A stretch of 64,000 nucleotides of DNA from positions 74,400,001 to 74,464,000 of the forward strand of contig OZ024740.1 of NCBI GenBank assembly GCA_964016885.1, read 5' to 3'. Under the pieces are notes generated by a model. The model ran no database searches and was not told the origin of the DNA. It saw only the letters and a list, made by a program, of their open reading frames with translations. Positions 1-13,194 of the stretch are shown in pieces (within the stretch, counting starts at the first letter, position 1; every line of letters begins with the position of its first letter). The stretch comes from Eledone cirrhosa (lineage: Eukaryota). Made by a program: the position numbers and the translations under genes.

Positions 1-914
1 GTGTTTTTGCAGTGGTTTTAGGTGGAGTGGGGTTGGGTGGGACTGTGCTTGCAGGTTGGTTTGTTGTTCTTGTTTTGGTTGTGTTTGCATGTTGTTGTTG
101 TGGTGGTGGTGGTGGTTGTGTTGTTGTTTTGGGTGTTGGCAATAGTGCCTCTTTTTTTTTTTTTTTATTTAACTGAGGACAGTAAGCCTTCAGGTGACCA
201 CTGCTTAAACAGTGGTAACATGAAGGCCGCCTACCCTCAACAGAAATGTTTATGTGTGAAATTCCATCCGGAGGCATACGTTGGGGTATTTTAGCTATCC
301 GTTCTGGCCTCATTTGGACCAGAAATTCCATGCTTGTACCATTGAATGTGCCTCTGGAGGACTTTGCCACCAAAATGATGGTGTCTTCGTCGAAATCGAT
401 GAAGCCAGTTAGAATCCACCAGACGTCTACATTTGGTGCAATGTTCAAAATTTTTATTTTTTGAGTTCTTTTTCCCATATATTTGGGGAAAAAGGGGTAA
501 TGCGGGGACACAATCGGCAATACAGAATATTTTTGTGCTGTCAATTGGTCTTTCAACAACACCGAAATGCTTCCAAAAAGTTTACCTTTTTGGATGAAGG
601 CAATATCCTTCATGGAATTCTTCAGAACCAGTTCAATATCGTTTTGGGATAACTGAACTGGTTTTTTCGACACATTTGAAACCGTCCTAAAAATTACTGT
701 TTTTAGAACAGCTTCTCTGCGTAACTGTTGAGGAGAAGTGATGCTGAAAGCACCACTCTCACCAAAAGTTACGTACTGTTTTACATCGCTTAACATTTCC
801 CTAGCATTGGAAATATCAAGGTATGTGAACAGTTCCGTCTTTTGGACGGTTTGAGCAAAAGAAATCTTTTCCTTGTTCGTGGAGTTGTTCGTATTGCGGC
901 TGTTGTTGGTGGTA
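1..914 (-). mobile_element. Tx1/L1-clade LINE ORF1 (gag-like, CCHC knuckle), running off the left window edge
   Basis: Manual minus-strand translation: KISFAQTVQK...KPVQLSQNDIELVL...FPKYMGKRTQKIKILNIAPNVDVWWILTGFID...LVQMRPERIAKIP...INISVEGRRPSCYHCLSSGHLKAYCPQLNKKK, collinear with ORF1 at 30950-31450. Absent from the ORF track, probably because no stop is reached before the edge. Confidence 0.9.
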
Positions 915-2090
915 GTTAGGTTATTAGCATCACAGAATTCCAGGATTCTGAAGCCTTCCTCATTTCTAGTACAAAACCCATAGCCTCCATGGATTCCATC
1001 ATAGCCATCACTATGTTGTCCAATGTGACCATTAAGGTGTCAACAATAATTAAGTAATCGTTGTCGGTTATTTGGGAGGTAGTGTGCATTAGCGACTCAT
1101 AGAACCTGTCCTTTATAACGTCAAGTAGAACAGATTGGGGTGCATAAGTAGATATTATTGTCACAATAGTTCTCTTTAGAACTAGTCTTATTTTAATTAT
1201 TCTGTCATTCACTCTATTTACAGCAATTACCTTATGTACCCATTTTTTCAGCTAACATAATTCCTACTCCACCCAGTCCGTTGTCATTTCCCACCCAGAA
1301 AAGTTTATAGCATCGTTTTTTATCCACAATGAATCTAGCAGACCCACCTCTCCACCTAGTCTCTTGAACACAACAAACATCAACTTCCTTACGTTCAAGC
1401 ATCTCTACAACCTCATTTGAGCGACCTTTCAATGTGCCTACGTTCATGGTACCAACTCTGAAGTTTTGGATTACGTTGGGTGTGTGGAATGGATGAGTTG
1501 GAGGGGCAGGAAGGGGTGTGGGAGACGGAATTATGTTGGTCATCCATGTCTGAAATAAAGAGGAGTCCTTGCAACTCGTCCTGCAGCGAGAGGTGAATTT
1601 ATCTTTATCTGTGACATTGTCATTGAGTGTTCAGACTCTCCAAATTCCGCAGTCCATTTAGCAAACCGAAAAGCAGCCAGGTCTAAACTTAAGGAGTAAT
1701 AACCAAGGTGGTGGCTTTGCTATACAGATTGGTAAGAGAACTTACTATAAACCGCTGAGTTATGATTGGACGAAATAGCAATGGTGGTGTGTGTGGGTGG
1801 GAGGGCAGGAAATGGGTAACTTTAGGATAAGGTTAGTTTTTAGGAAGGGTCCAACAGAATGAGGCATATTATTAAAAACATGTGAAACAGTAAATGAAAA
1901 TCCGAGAGAAAAAGAGAGATTAGATTCTAAACGGACATAAATAACAAATTAAATATCACTGGCCAAATGGACTACAAAAAATGGAAAGACAGACAAAAGT
2001 GGGTTGCTTACATTCTCAAATCGACAATTCGGCAGTAAAGAGATTAGATAAATTCTGGCATTAGAACCCTACAGAGTTTATTTTATATTT
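915..2090 (-). mobile_element. RTE LINE (family 2) 5' end: putative 5'UTR plus N-terminal AP endonuclease, frameshifted
   Basis: ORFs 1232-1543 and 916-1212 give GTMNVGTL, CCVQETRW, GVGIML, STYAPQ; DNA highly similar to 43100-43510. The 5'UTR limit is approximate. Confidence 0.85.
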
Positions 2091-2179
2091 GCAGAGGGAA
2101 GGGGGGGGGGGGGGGGGCATGAGAAGGTGCAAGCGTATAGACAATGTATGAGAGAGAGAAGAAGATTCTAGAAATAAAA

Positions 2180-2285
2180 TAATTGTTTCTACTTTTGACA
2201 CAAGGCCAGAAATTATCCAGTGCATTACTGGTACTTTATTTTATCGACCCCGTAAGGATGAAAGGCAAAATTAACCTCTAGAAAT
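2180..2285 (-). mobile_element. Nin/Deu-like-domain SINE, 3' part
   Basis: Reverse complement of TTTGCCTTTCATCCTTACGGGGTCGATAAAATAAAGTACCAGTAA, as in the full copy at 63518-63702. Confidence 0.75.
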
Positions 2286-2299
2286 AAAATAATAATGAC

Positions 2300-2480
2300 A
2301 ATGGGTAGCGCTGATGCCTCAATAAAATGCACCTGATACACTCCATAAAATGACATTGCTGGTGCCTCAATAAAATGTACCCAATACACTCTATAAGTGG
2401 CAGTGCTGATACAATGATAAGATGCACTCAATACACTCTATAAGGTGGTAGTGCTGGTTCCAAAATAAAATGCACCTGGT
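2300..2480 (+). repeat. ~41-bp degenerate tandem repeat of a SINE-internal segment (~4 units)
   Basis: Repeated GCTGGTGCC(T)CAATAAAATGCACC(C)A(G)TACACTC(T)ATAAA; same unit at 3905-4120. Confidence 0.7.
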
Positions 2481-2700
2481 AGAGATCCTAAATTGCCTCA
2501 GACAGGCCTCAGAATCATGTATTTCTAAACAATAGTCTCAAGTTTCCTACCAAGGTTCTTGTCTATCAGGCACTTTGTTTCCACTCTTCTATATGTGTTA
2601 GACTTATTTCATGATAATTGCCTGGTTTCTTAAGATCACCTTTCTTCTGAATAGATACTATTGCGGAAATACCCCATTCTTCTGGCCAGTAAGATAGTTT
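2480..2700. pseudogene. Two short decayed LINE (RTE-like) RT fragments in opposite orientations
   Basis: Plus 2480-2605 resembles TKVLVYQA..STLLY; minus 2605-2690 reads PEEWGISAIVSIQKKGDLKKPGNYHEISL. Confidence 0.55.
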
Positions 2701-3604
2701 GAAGTTTTTTTTAAGTTTCCAGAATTCATCCAGAGAGAAATCCTCAACAAAAGTATTCGTATTGACATTGTATAAACATTTGATCGTGAATTTGTTTATG
2801 GTGCTGTTGTTATTTTTGTGAGTAGTTGTTTAAAACAAAATAAAATATATTTTGATTAAATTTGCTTTACTTATATTATCTGGGCCTTGGATTCCCAAAC
2901 TAGACTAAAATGTTTTTTGCACATAAGGGGTGTCGGTACAGTTTTAATTCTTGAAGAATTAAATTGTTGGAACTGTGAAGAGAATAGAATCAGCTGCACT
3001 GATTTGATGGTGTTTAACAAGTAATGAAACCATCAATACAACATGTTTTACATGGTTACACACCCTGCATAAAAAGCAGAAGTGATTGTTCTCTAAAAAT
3101 TCTTAAAGAATCATCTATAAATTAAAATCTTGTGTAGAAACATATTCTAAAGAAGATAACCATTAGACCTAAGAGGTATCACATGAATAGAAATCAGTTA
3201 GAAATCAGTTACACCAAGTACACTCTGTAAAGTGGTTGGCAATCAAATAGAGCCAATATAAAGTAGAAAAAAACTCATTAATCTTGCTGAGTACATAAAA
3301 ATCAGTCTAATGTTGGTGACACGATAAAACGCACACAGTACACTCTGTAAAGCAATGTAAAGTAATTGGCATTAGGAAGGGCATCCAGCTGTAAAACCCA
3401 AGCCAAATATGGGATGTATGAAAAAAATGTGGTTCTCCGAGCCACTTAGTCACAAACTGTAACAACCCGTCCCACCCATGCCAGCATGGCAAACAGACAT
3501 ATAATGATGACGATAATGATGATAATGATGATGTTTCACTCAAGATATTATCACTCTTGCATGTTTGTTACTAACTTACTACTACTTCCAGTAGCTTGTT
3601 TTCA

Positions 3605-3790
3605 AAATAATTGTTTCTACTTTTAGCACAAGGCAAGCAATAACCCAGTGCATTACTGGTACTTTATTTTATCAACCCCGTAAGGATGAAAGGCAAAGTT
3701 AACCTCGACGGGATTTGAACTCAGACTGTAAAGGGACGTAACTATGCTGGAAAGCATGGCGTCCGACCTTCTACCGATACTGCCAATGGC
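3605..3790 (-). mobile_element. tRNA-derived SINE with Nin/Deu-like domain
   Basis: Reverse strand has TGGCAGTATCGG (A box), GAGTTCAAATCC (B box) and the CCTTTCATCCTTACGGGG..GATAAAATAAAGTACCAG domain. Confidence 0.8.
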
Positions 3791-3904
3791 AACAAGTTCA
3801 TACAATTATGCTATAACGTAGTGCATTCAAACACATGCACACACACACAGAGATTCATATATACACACACACACATACATGTGTGAGTGTATATCTAAAT
3901 ATAT

Positions 3905-4120
3905 GTGAAAATGCACACAGTACACTCTTTAAAGTGAAAATGCTGGTGCATAAAATACACCCAGTACACTCTGTAAAAAGCTAGTGATGGTGCTATGATA
4001 AAATGCACGCAGTACACTCTATAAAATGGTAGTGCTGGTGCCATAATAAAATGCACCCAGTAGACTCCATAAAATGGTAGTGGTGGTGCCATGATAAAAT
4101 GCACCCAGTACACTCTAAAG
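3905..4120 (+). repeat. ~46-bp tandem repeat (~5 units) leading into a Meta-like SINE domain
   Basis: Units GTGCTGGTGCCATAATAAAATGCACCCAGTACACTCTATAAAATGGTA; explains the repetitive ORFs 3895-4113 and 3993-4208. Confidence 0.75.
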
Positions 4121-4479
4121 TGGTTGGTGTTCTGAAGAAAATGCAGCTGTAGAAATCATGCCAAAAATGGAGTAAGACTCCGATCAGTCTAGTCTCGGAC
4201 CATGGCAACCCATCCCACCGATACCAACAGTAAAATAAAAAATGTTAAAAACCACACTGGTATTCAAAAGATTAAATGGAGAATGCAACAATGAATACCA
4301 ACTTACCTTTTTGAGCTGTTCTAAATAAATTTCTGTTTTTAAATCATTTTCACACTGCATTTTTTCCCTAGCTTTCTGCATTGCTTCAAATGTTTGTTGA
4401 GACTTTTGATTGTCTGAAAATACAAAAACATTTTTTTAAAGTCAAAATAAGAAATAACTGCATATTGAAAGTATGTTTG

Positions 4480-4510
<31 letters not shown>

Positions 4511-4545
4511 AAAACACTTAGCACAATAAAATATGAGTTGTTAGT

Positions 4546-4678
4546 TTAACCCTTTTGTTGCCAGCCAGCTGAAAATTGCCTCTGGTTCTAAGAGACAAAA
4601 CAATACATTTTAAATAATCCTATTTAAATTTAAACTTTCCAGCTTAATTAATTGAAAATATGGTCACAAAAGGATTAA
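4546..4678. mobile_element. Short TTAA-flanked MITE-like remnant (piggyBac-type ends)
   Basis: TTAA-CCCTTTTGTTGCCA ... TGGTCACAAAAGGA-TTAA imperfect inverted termini; related decayed ends near 13100 and 45660-45930. Confidence 0.45.
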
Positions 4679-5169
4679 CAATAAAAGCTATTGCTACACA
4701 AATAAATGAAATTATTATATTATTTTTTGCTAATTAGTCAAGAAGAAAAGAATAGTGGTCTTCACTTATTTCGTGGCCTCAAAAACTGGTGAGAAAGAAA
4801 GAGGAAGGTAGCCTCAAACTGGAGATCTGGTTCAACTGCTTGCAATAGAGTGGACTCCAATAAAGACAACCAAGTATAATGTGATGGTGTTAAACAGGGT
4901 GATAGGTTAAGTTTACTACCCAAGTAAGCCCTAACAGAATTTGAATTTAGAATGCAAGGAGCCAAAACAAATACCACAAGGTATCGTAGCCAACATAAAC
5001 AATTCTCCCAACATACTACCCTGAATTGGTGATTTATTTCATTGCCCACCAAAAGGGCAAATAGTAAAGTTCACCTCGGAGGGATTTGAACTCATAGTAC
5101 AACGCAGAAGGCTGTGACAAATGCTGCCAGGTATTTTGTCCTACATTGTAACAATTGCTAATTTACCTG

Positions 5170-5630
5170 CATGTGAAGGGTGATGTTGCAGAATAGTGAG
5201 ACATGATTAGTGAATGAAGAGGGTATGAAAAGGCTGAAGAGAAATTAATCAGACATGCTCCATTGTATGTGTAATGTTAGTATGTGCAAATGATGTAGTG
5301 CAAATGAACTGAGAAAAAACTGAACATAAGAGGAATCAGAAGTATAATACAAGAGAAAAAATTGTACTGGTATGGTCATAAGTTGTATATGAATGATGAT
5401 CATTTAATGAAGAAGTGCCAAGAGTTCCTAGTGGAAGAAAACTGCAGAAGAGGAAGACTGATGGGAACCAGGGCAGTAGTGGTGAGAGCTGATTTTAAAA
5501 TGAAGGAATACAACAAGTGGAGAGAAGCTTCACTGGAGAAGACCTGTCCAACCCATGCAAGTATGGATAAATGAACATGAAATGATGCTGCTGCTGAAGA
5601 TGATGATGATGGAGGAGGAGGAGGATGATG
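5170..5630 (+). mobile_element. Decayed RTE LINE 3' fragment with (TGA)n tail
   Basis: LYWYGH...RRGR...VVRADFK remnant followed by CCCATGCAAGTATGGA and a (GAT)n tail. Confidence 0.7.
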
Positions 5631-5889
5631 ACGTTGATTAGCAGTGGTTGAAGGTAATTTAGAGTTTCTTGACACTCTGAACCAGCTTTTCTACATGAAG
5701 ACATTAACAAAAGACATGCAAAGATGATAAGATAATTGATGTTTTTATTAAATGTATCAGTATGCAGGCCAAAAACATCAAAGAATACAGTTTAGTATTA
5801 GATGATATTCACTGATAAATATACTTCTAAATATCCAATGACAAAAGTCCTTTCAATACCTCGAAATCTATCAATATTAAATTATAAGT

Positions 5890-6030
5890 AGGTATGGCTC
5901 TGTGGTAAAGAAGTTTGCTTCGCAACCACATGGATTCAGATTGAATCCCACTGTATGGCACCTTAGCTTTGGAATAACCAATTCCCTTTAAGTGAATTTG
6001 GTAGACAAAAACTCTAAGAAAGCACATGCA
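5890..6030 (+). mobile_element. Old tRNA-derived SINE head
   Basis: TGGCTCTGTGG A-box-like motif, then AAGTTTGCTTCGCAACCACATGG and a B-box-like motif; similar heads at ~6320, 13905(-), 43810(-) and 48490. Confidence 0.6.
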
Positions 6031-7334
6031 TGTGTGTGTGTGTGCGCATGTATCTTCATATCTACACAGTGTAAAAATGGCAACAATTGTTTTCGACCCA
6101 CAGTTTAGCAGTTTGATGAAGATTAGTGATAATTATTATACTTAAAGATAAAGTAAAAAATGACATGAGGAAAGCCATTTGACTATAGAAAAACTGCCTC
6201 AAAAACATCTCATTCAACCTATGCCAGTATGAAAAAAATGAATGTAAAAACAATGATAATGTTTAAATGGCAAAAATGGTAGATTATAAGACTAAATGTC
6301 TTACAGCATTTAATCATATAGGTGCAAGCATAGATGTTATGTTAAGGAGTTTGCTTCACAAACATATAAGCAAATGTCTTCACAACCATCTTGGACATGC
6401 GTCTTCTATAACAACCACAGGTTGACTAATGCCTTTTGAGTGAAATTTAGTAGGAGGAGGAGGTATCCATTGTGTGTGTGTGTCTATGTCTATTGCTGTA
6501 AGCAGTTCAACAAAAATAAATACTGGGTGTTGATCATCAGTATGATTAACTAAATCCTTTGAAGGTAATGTCCCAGCAGAGCTGCAGTTTAATCACTGGA
6601 ACCAGTAAAAGAATAAGATAATTATTCATCTGTGTACTTATTTCAAAGCTGCCTTTTTTTTCTTCCCTCTGGGATCAATAAAATAAGTTCACAGTATGTT
6701 TTGCGTTTCCATTAACCCATTCATTGCCTTGTTTCCAATAAAATACTCTGCCTAATATTTTCAAATAATTTTGAAAATAACAATTTGTAGGGATTTTGTA
6801 ATATGACAAATATTCATCTTCATCATCGTTTAACATCCATCTTCCACGCTAGCATGGGTAGGACGGGTTGTCCTTTTGTGAGGGATCAGGTCAGAGGACC
6901 ACGATTCACTCACACAGAACTGATTTGGGCTTGGTCTCTATGGCTGGATGCCCTTCCTAACACCAACCACATTTACAGCGTGGACTAAGTGCTTTTTGTC
7001 ATGACACCTACATGACCAATTTACTTTGTAATATTTCGTTAAGTTGGTGTTTGAGCATACCTTATCAGAGGTTCTTAAAGAAAATTATGATGGAAGGATT
7101 TTAGATAAATATAAACACATTAAAATAAACATTTTTGTATAATAAAACCAGAGCTGGTTTTAGTCAGTTTGATATCAAAAAATGTATTCACACATATGTA
7201 TTCTTTTATTCTATAATGTTACTTGTAAGTACATGATGTATGCTACATATACATGTATATATCCATAACCCATACAGAAATCATATATATTTAGTACTGA
7301 TTACTTAAATACTTAATGAGTGTTATGAAATAGT

Positions 7335-7620
7335 GCCTACATTTTACATCTGGCATGAGCTTATTACCAACTTTAAGGGCCTACATTTTACATCTGGCTT
7401 GGGTTTATTATAAATTTTGAGAGCATATTACCAGCTAGGGAAGGAGTATACACTTTACATATGGATTGGGCTCCTTACCAGCTTTGAAGGCATACATTTT
7501 ACATCTAGCCTGGGCTTGTTACCAACTTTTGGAGGCATACATTTTCATATGGTTTGGGCATATTACCAGCTTTAAGGCTAAATATCTTACATCTGGCTCA
7601 TGTTTATTATCAGCTTTGTA
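7335..7620. repeat. ~40-bp minisatellite (~7 degenerate units)
   Basis: Repeated ACATTTTACATCTGGCTTGGGCTTATTACCAGCTTT. Confidence 0.8.
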
Positions 7621-7727
7621 TGAGCCTGATTAGATCTAAATAATTTCATTTTCTCCAGCATACAAACCTGAGAATTTTAAATGCAATTTATACCTGACTG
7701 AAATTCTTCGAATAATCAGTTCTAAAT

Positions 7728-8515
7728 TATCATATACACTCGAATATAAGCCAATCCCCCAATTTTATGTCTGAGAAATGGGCAAAAATTCCAACCCCAT
7801 TTATAAGCCAGGGCAACTAACCAACACATTATGTTTAGATGACATGGTTTTGAAATTCTTATGAGTATAAAATATATTTATGAAGTTTTCATGTTTGGAT
7901 GTTTAAAATGTTTTAAGTATCATTTAGAAAATAGTTTTTGTTTCACAACTCCATGTTTCACATCATGAGTTTCCATTATGTTAAGTTTCAACAAGTTTCT
8001 CAAATTTTTGTTTACCTCCAGGCACTCACATACTAGGAGTACTTTGAAAGTGAAAGATCAAATAAGAGAACTTTGTATAGGGATTCATAGAGTAGAAGAG
8101 GGCAGGAGATACAGCAAGTGATAAAGGGGAGAGGCAGAGTGAGAAAAAGAGAGGGCAAGAGCAAGAACAGAGAGGGAGAGCAATAAAATCAAATCAGAAT
8201 ATTGAAAGAAAAGCTATAGCCAGAAAAAACGTGTGTGCATGTATGCATGTGTAATATGTATGGAATATTTACGTATTAAAAAGTTCAAATTATAAAAATT
8301 TGGAAATATTTTCAAGGGAATGCATAAATAGCACCAACAACAATGTAGTAAATGTAGAAAAACTGTTTCATTGAAAAATAATCACTCCAGATATTTTAGC
8401 AGCATATTTCTGCAGAATTTGGAGGTGGTGAAAATTGTCAAAATATTGACCCCAAATTTTACCATCGATTTTTTGGGTCACATATTCTTCAGCTTATATT
8501 CGAGTATATACAGTA
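7728..8515. mobile_element. Tc1/mariner-pogo-type non-autonomous element (MITE)
   Basis: 24-bp imperfect inverted termini including TA: TATCATATACACTCGAATATAAGC / GCTTATATTCGAGTATATACAGTA; no ORF inside. Confidence 0.75.
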
Positions 8516-8675
8516 TCTATTTTAAATAAGAAGTCTGAATTTTTCCCTGCTTGCTTGCTTACACAAAACCTTTCATTCATTCTTTTATAAAATCTATTAC
8601 CCTATTTTGTCTGCTATTAATGTTTCAATATTAACTGTTTTCTAATCTTTATAGGGTGTTTTATTATATACATAT

Positions 8676-11428
8676 TAACAATCATCTCTGCCTATGCTCC
8701 TCAGGCAGGTAGGCCTAGGTAAAGAAGAGAAAGCTGCTTTTACGAGCAACTTTTACAAACAGCCGCAATGACAGAGGACAGAGACATTGTTATGTTAGCA
8801 GGGGACTTCAGTTGTCATGCTGGACAGCTCCAGGATGAATACACTGGGGTACATAGTGGGCACGGTTACGGCTCAAGAAATGAAGAAGGAGTGAGGCTTC
8901 TTGAATTTTGTGGTACAAGTGCACTAACCATTTGCAACACTAACTTCCAGAAACCTGCCAACCACCTAATAACCTACAAATCAGGCGAGCACATAAGCCA
9001 GATTGACTTCTTGCTAGTTAGGCAGCGAGACAGATAGATGGCGTCAAATACCAAGGTATACCCCGGTGAAGAATGTACTCCACAGCATAGGTTAGTCGTT
9101 AGTGATATCTCAGAAAGCAAGATACAGAATGAGACATACAGGAAGGTGTGGAAAAGAAAGGTCTGAAAGCTAAAAGACCTTTCACTAAAATATAAATTTA
9201 GGAAAGCCCTTCAAGATGTGTATGACGAAAAAGAAGATGATTTAGAGTTGTATGACATAGATGATAAGTGGAATTTCTTGACAACTTACTGCAGGCTACT
9301 GAAGAAACTTGTGGCTGGAGCAGAGCTCCTACCAGACAGAGAGTGACTTGGTGGTGGAACAGCACGGTAGATAGGGCCATTAGAGACAAAAGACTAGCAT
9401 GGAATGCTTGGAAAAATGGTGGGAGTAGAGAAGGATACACAGCTGCTAAGAGAGAAGTTAGACGTCAGGTGTACTTAGCATCAATGGAGGCTGAGAGTAG
9501 GAAGTTTACCAATGTTCTGCAATTGGAAGATCAGAGACGTGCGGTGTGCCGAATTGCAAGGCAGTGTGTCAGTGCAAATCAGGATGTTGTTGGAGATAAG
9601 TGTGTCCGGAATGATGCCAGTGTACTTAGTGTCACGAATGATCAGAAAAGGAGGCCTGGAAATATCATTATGACAGACTGACGAATGTTAAGAATGAATG
9701 GGAGAGAGAGAAATTATCCCCAGTGGATCCGACAGAAGGACCAGCTATTGAGATTGACGAATATAGGGTCCAAGAGGCGATTAAGGAAATGAAAAAGGGT
9801 AAGGCCACTGGACCGTCGGGGATAGATGTTGTTGAGATGCTAAAGGCATCAGGGGACATAGGCACTAAACTGGTTGCACACATCATCAATCAGACTATAT
9901 ATGGCGGTGTCATACCCAAAGACTGGTGCGGCAGTATTCTCATAAATTGCTACAAAGGTAAAGGGGATGCTCTGGAGAGGAGCAATTATAGGGGCATAAA
10001 ACTGATGGATCAGGTTATGATAGGGGCAGAAAGGATATTAGCGCAACGAATTAGAGAAAGGGTCAAACTAGATGAGATGCAGTTTGGTTTTGTGCCTGGG
10101 AAAAGTACAACAGATGCCCTCTTCTTAATGAGACAACTACAAGAGGTTCTTAGAGAAGAATAAGCCACTATACTTAGCTTTTGTTGACCTAGAGAAGGCC
10201 TTTGATATGGTACCCCGATCTGTCATCTGGTGGTCCCTAAGGAAGCTAGGTGTTGAGGAATGGCTTGTGAGGACAGTGCAAACTTTGTACAGCGGTAATC
10301 TCAGTAAAGTCAGGGTAGGAATGGTGTTTAGTGAGGAATTCCAGATACAAGTAGGAGTACATCAGGGTTCGGTCCTCAGCCCACTCATTATAGTCCTCCA
10401 AGCCATAACAGAGGAATTTAAGACTGGCTGCCCATGAAAACTTCTCTATGCTGATGATCTGGTTCTTATAACAGAATCAGTAGAGGAGCTAGAGAATAAA
10501 TTCTGGCTATGGAAACAGCTGTTGGAATCAAGAGGACTGAGAGTGAACATAGCTAAGATGAAAGTGTTGATGAGTAGAAAAGAAGACAAAACTCTGATTC
10601 CATCAGGGAAATGGCCATGTTCGATATGCAGAAAAGGAACAGGCATAAATTCTATAAAATGTACACAATGCAGATCTTGGGTACACAAGAGATGTAGTGG
10701 GATAGCAAGCAAACTAACAGGTAGGGAAAAATACGTATGCAGTAGATGTACAGGGAAATTTGACAGTAGAAGTCGCATTGATAGACACATTTTTCAAATG
10801 CAGGTAGGTTCTATAAAAGTGGTTGATAGCTTCCGGTACCTAGGTGATCAGATTAGCCATAATATCTAGAATAAGGACGGGTTGGAAGAAGTTTAGGGAG
10901 CTGATGAAGAAGGGTTTCTCCCTGCGTACGAAAGGCTGGTTATATGATGCGTGTGTGAGGTGCACGATGCTGCATGGTAGTGAGACATGGGCAGCAACTA
11001 AAGAGGATATGCGACAGCTGGAGAGAAATGAAGCAAGCATGCTCCGTTGGATGTGCAATGTCAATGTGCGTGAATGACCGAGCATGGATGTTGACAGAGA
11101 AACTGTGTTTAAGAGGGATAAGTTGTGGTGTGCGGTAGAGAAGACTGCGATGGTATGGACATGTGATGCACATGGAGGATAGCCGCTGTGTAAAGAGGTG
11201 CCAAGAAATGACAGTTGAAGGAAGACACAGTAGAGGAATACACAGTAGAGAAAGACCACGAAAAACATGTGCGGAGGTGGTGAGAGCAGACCTCAGATCG
11301 CTGAAGCTCACGGTGGAGATGACGAAGGACCGTGACAAGTGGAGAGATGCTGTGCTGAATAAGATTCGTCCCACCCTATCAAGCAGGGAAAAGTGGACGT
11401 AAAATGATGATGATGAAAATGATGATGA
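8676..11428 (+). mobile_element. RTE LINE (family 1), 5'-truncated and frameshifted APE-RT ORF, (TGA)n tail
   Basis: TIISAYAPQ, AGDF, SQIDFLL, CYKGKGDALERSNYRGIKL, QFGFVPG, GVHQGSVLSP, YADD, PHD-like cysteines, LHGSETW; tail at 11404-11428. Confidence 0.95.
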
Positions 11429-11494
11429 TATTACACTTCTATTTATGACTGATATTGGTTAATTCTATCTGTTTTTGAATTTACTCCTGTACAT

Positions 11495-11842
11495 CATTTC
11501 ATTTTCATCATCATCATTTCATTTTACGTCCGCTTTTTCCCTGCTTGCAAGGGTGGGACGGGAACTGATTCTGGCTTGATTTCTACAGCTGGATGCCCTT
11601 CCTAACACCAACCTCATTTACAGTGAGTGCTGGGTGCTTTTTTGCCGTGGCACCTCCACGACCACTTTGCAGTGGAATGATAGGGACCCCTGTCCCTATC
11701 ATCTCATTTCTACAGCTGAGTAAACTGGAGCAATGTGAAATAAAGTGTCTTGCCCAAGGAAACAACACATCACCCGGTCTGAGAATTGAACTCACTACCT
11801 TTCGATTGCAAGGCCAATGCTCTAACCACTAAGCCATGTGCC
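11495..11842 (-). mobile_element. tRNA-head/CORE-like/Meta-like SINE with RTE family-1 tail
   Basis: TGGCTTAGTGG and GAGTTCAATTC boxes, CTTGGGCAAGACACTTTATTTCAC, AGGAAGGGCATCCAGC, tail CCCACCCTTGCAAGCAGGGAAAAAGCGGACGTAAAATGA. Confidence 0.9.
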
Positions 11843-13194
11843 TGTACATCTCTATATATATTTGTAAGTGTCTATATGTTATTTTGATATATATATATAT
11901 ATAATTTCATGAATTCACATGCTAAAACACTAAATCTACATACACCCATTGTTGTTATTGATATTACAGTTCATACCTATGAAGGTTTGGCTGGCCTCTT
12001 ATAAGATTGCATCACATAGGAGATCTTGGCTGTTTAAATGATAGGAGTCCCAATTGTATCATAAAAAGACTCCTCCTGGGCTATATGCCAGCAGCAGGAG
12101 TTAACCAGCAGCAGCCACTGGTACTGGCTATTTTCTTGTAGGGAAGTGCAGAAACATGAAATTAAGCATCTTGCTCAAGAACACATGCTACCCAGTCCAG
12201 GAATTGAATCCACGACCTTATGATCACATGTTCAACACCCAAAACACTAGGCCATGCACCTATTACACAACAGGAAGTCTCTTTTCTACACTAATATTCC
12301 ATTAAGATGAGAAAACAAGAGCAAAATTTATATAACAGGTCTGTATAATTAAGATTTTAATAGTACAAATCAAGGGTAGAAAAGAAAGAAAAATACCACT
12401 GAGTTAAAGATTGCCTGGAAAAACATGGATGTTTGCTAGCCCTTTGATACCATACTGCCCTTAATTCAGTGTTTCTTTTAAAGTGTTTATATTCATCTAA
12501 AAACTTTCCATCATAATTTTATGTAAGCATCTTTTGTTATATTTCAAACACCAGCTTAATAATAAGAATGTTATTTATATTACTAAATCCCTGATTATTT
12601 TTAAAAGTACTTGAAAATCATGGGCAGTATATTTCATTAGAATGGATTAAAGAGAGAGAGAAAAAACATTTCCTAATTGTTTCAATCCTTTTTATTAAAA
12701 AAACAAAACAAAAGATTGGTGAATTTAAAATATCAAATTTTGTTTCAGTTAATTAAAATTCGCATTGTCTTTATTCCATATATTGTTACTTCAAAGTAAT
12801 TCTAAAATTATTTTCTTTCATATAATTATGCACAGTGGAAAACTGTTTATAACTCATCAAAAATAACACTGCTGACTTCAAAGTACCACCAATAGTAAAC
12901 ATTGTTGAGCTGCTATTATGCGTAATCAAGTAAGTAGACCTATGATCAACGACAAAGGCAATCTCATGTTTTTCATGCACAAAATACCAAAGAGATTACT
13001 TTCTCTCATGTGTTTCTGCATACGTAAAGAATAACAAAATGTATTTATAATTCCTTTTTCAGTCAAGTTTATAATTAAAAAACAGAGTTATAGCTATATT
13101 AGCCCTTTTGAGACCAAACTATCTTAAGCCATTCCTGGTTCTATGATACAAAATGATTTATTTTAAAGTGTTTGGATGTCTGCCAATAATGGTT

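Noticed and set aside
11593-11832. Recurrent MPFLTPTSFTV... ORFs (also 20486, 48753, 51193)
   Set aside because: Antisense translation of one SINE family, not a gene family.
12836-12929. Candidate host exon (CACAG ... CAA/GTAAGT)
   Set aside because: Stop codons in all three plus-strand frames and no other support.
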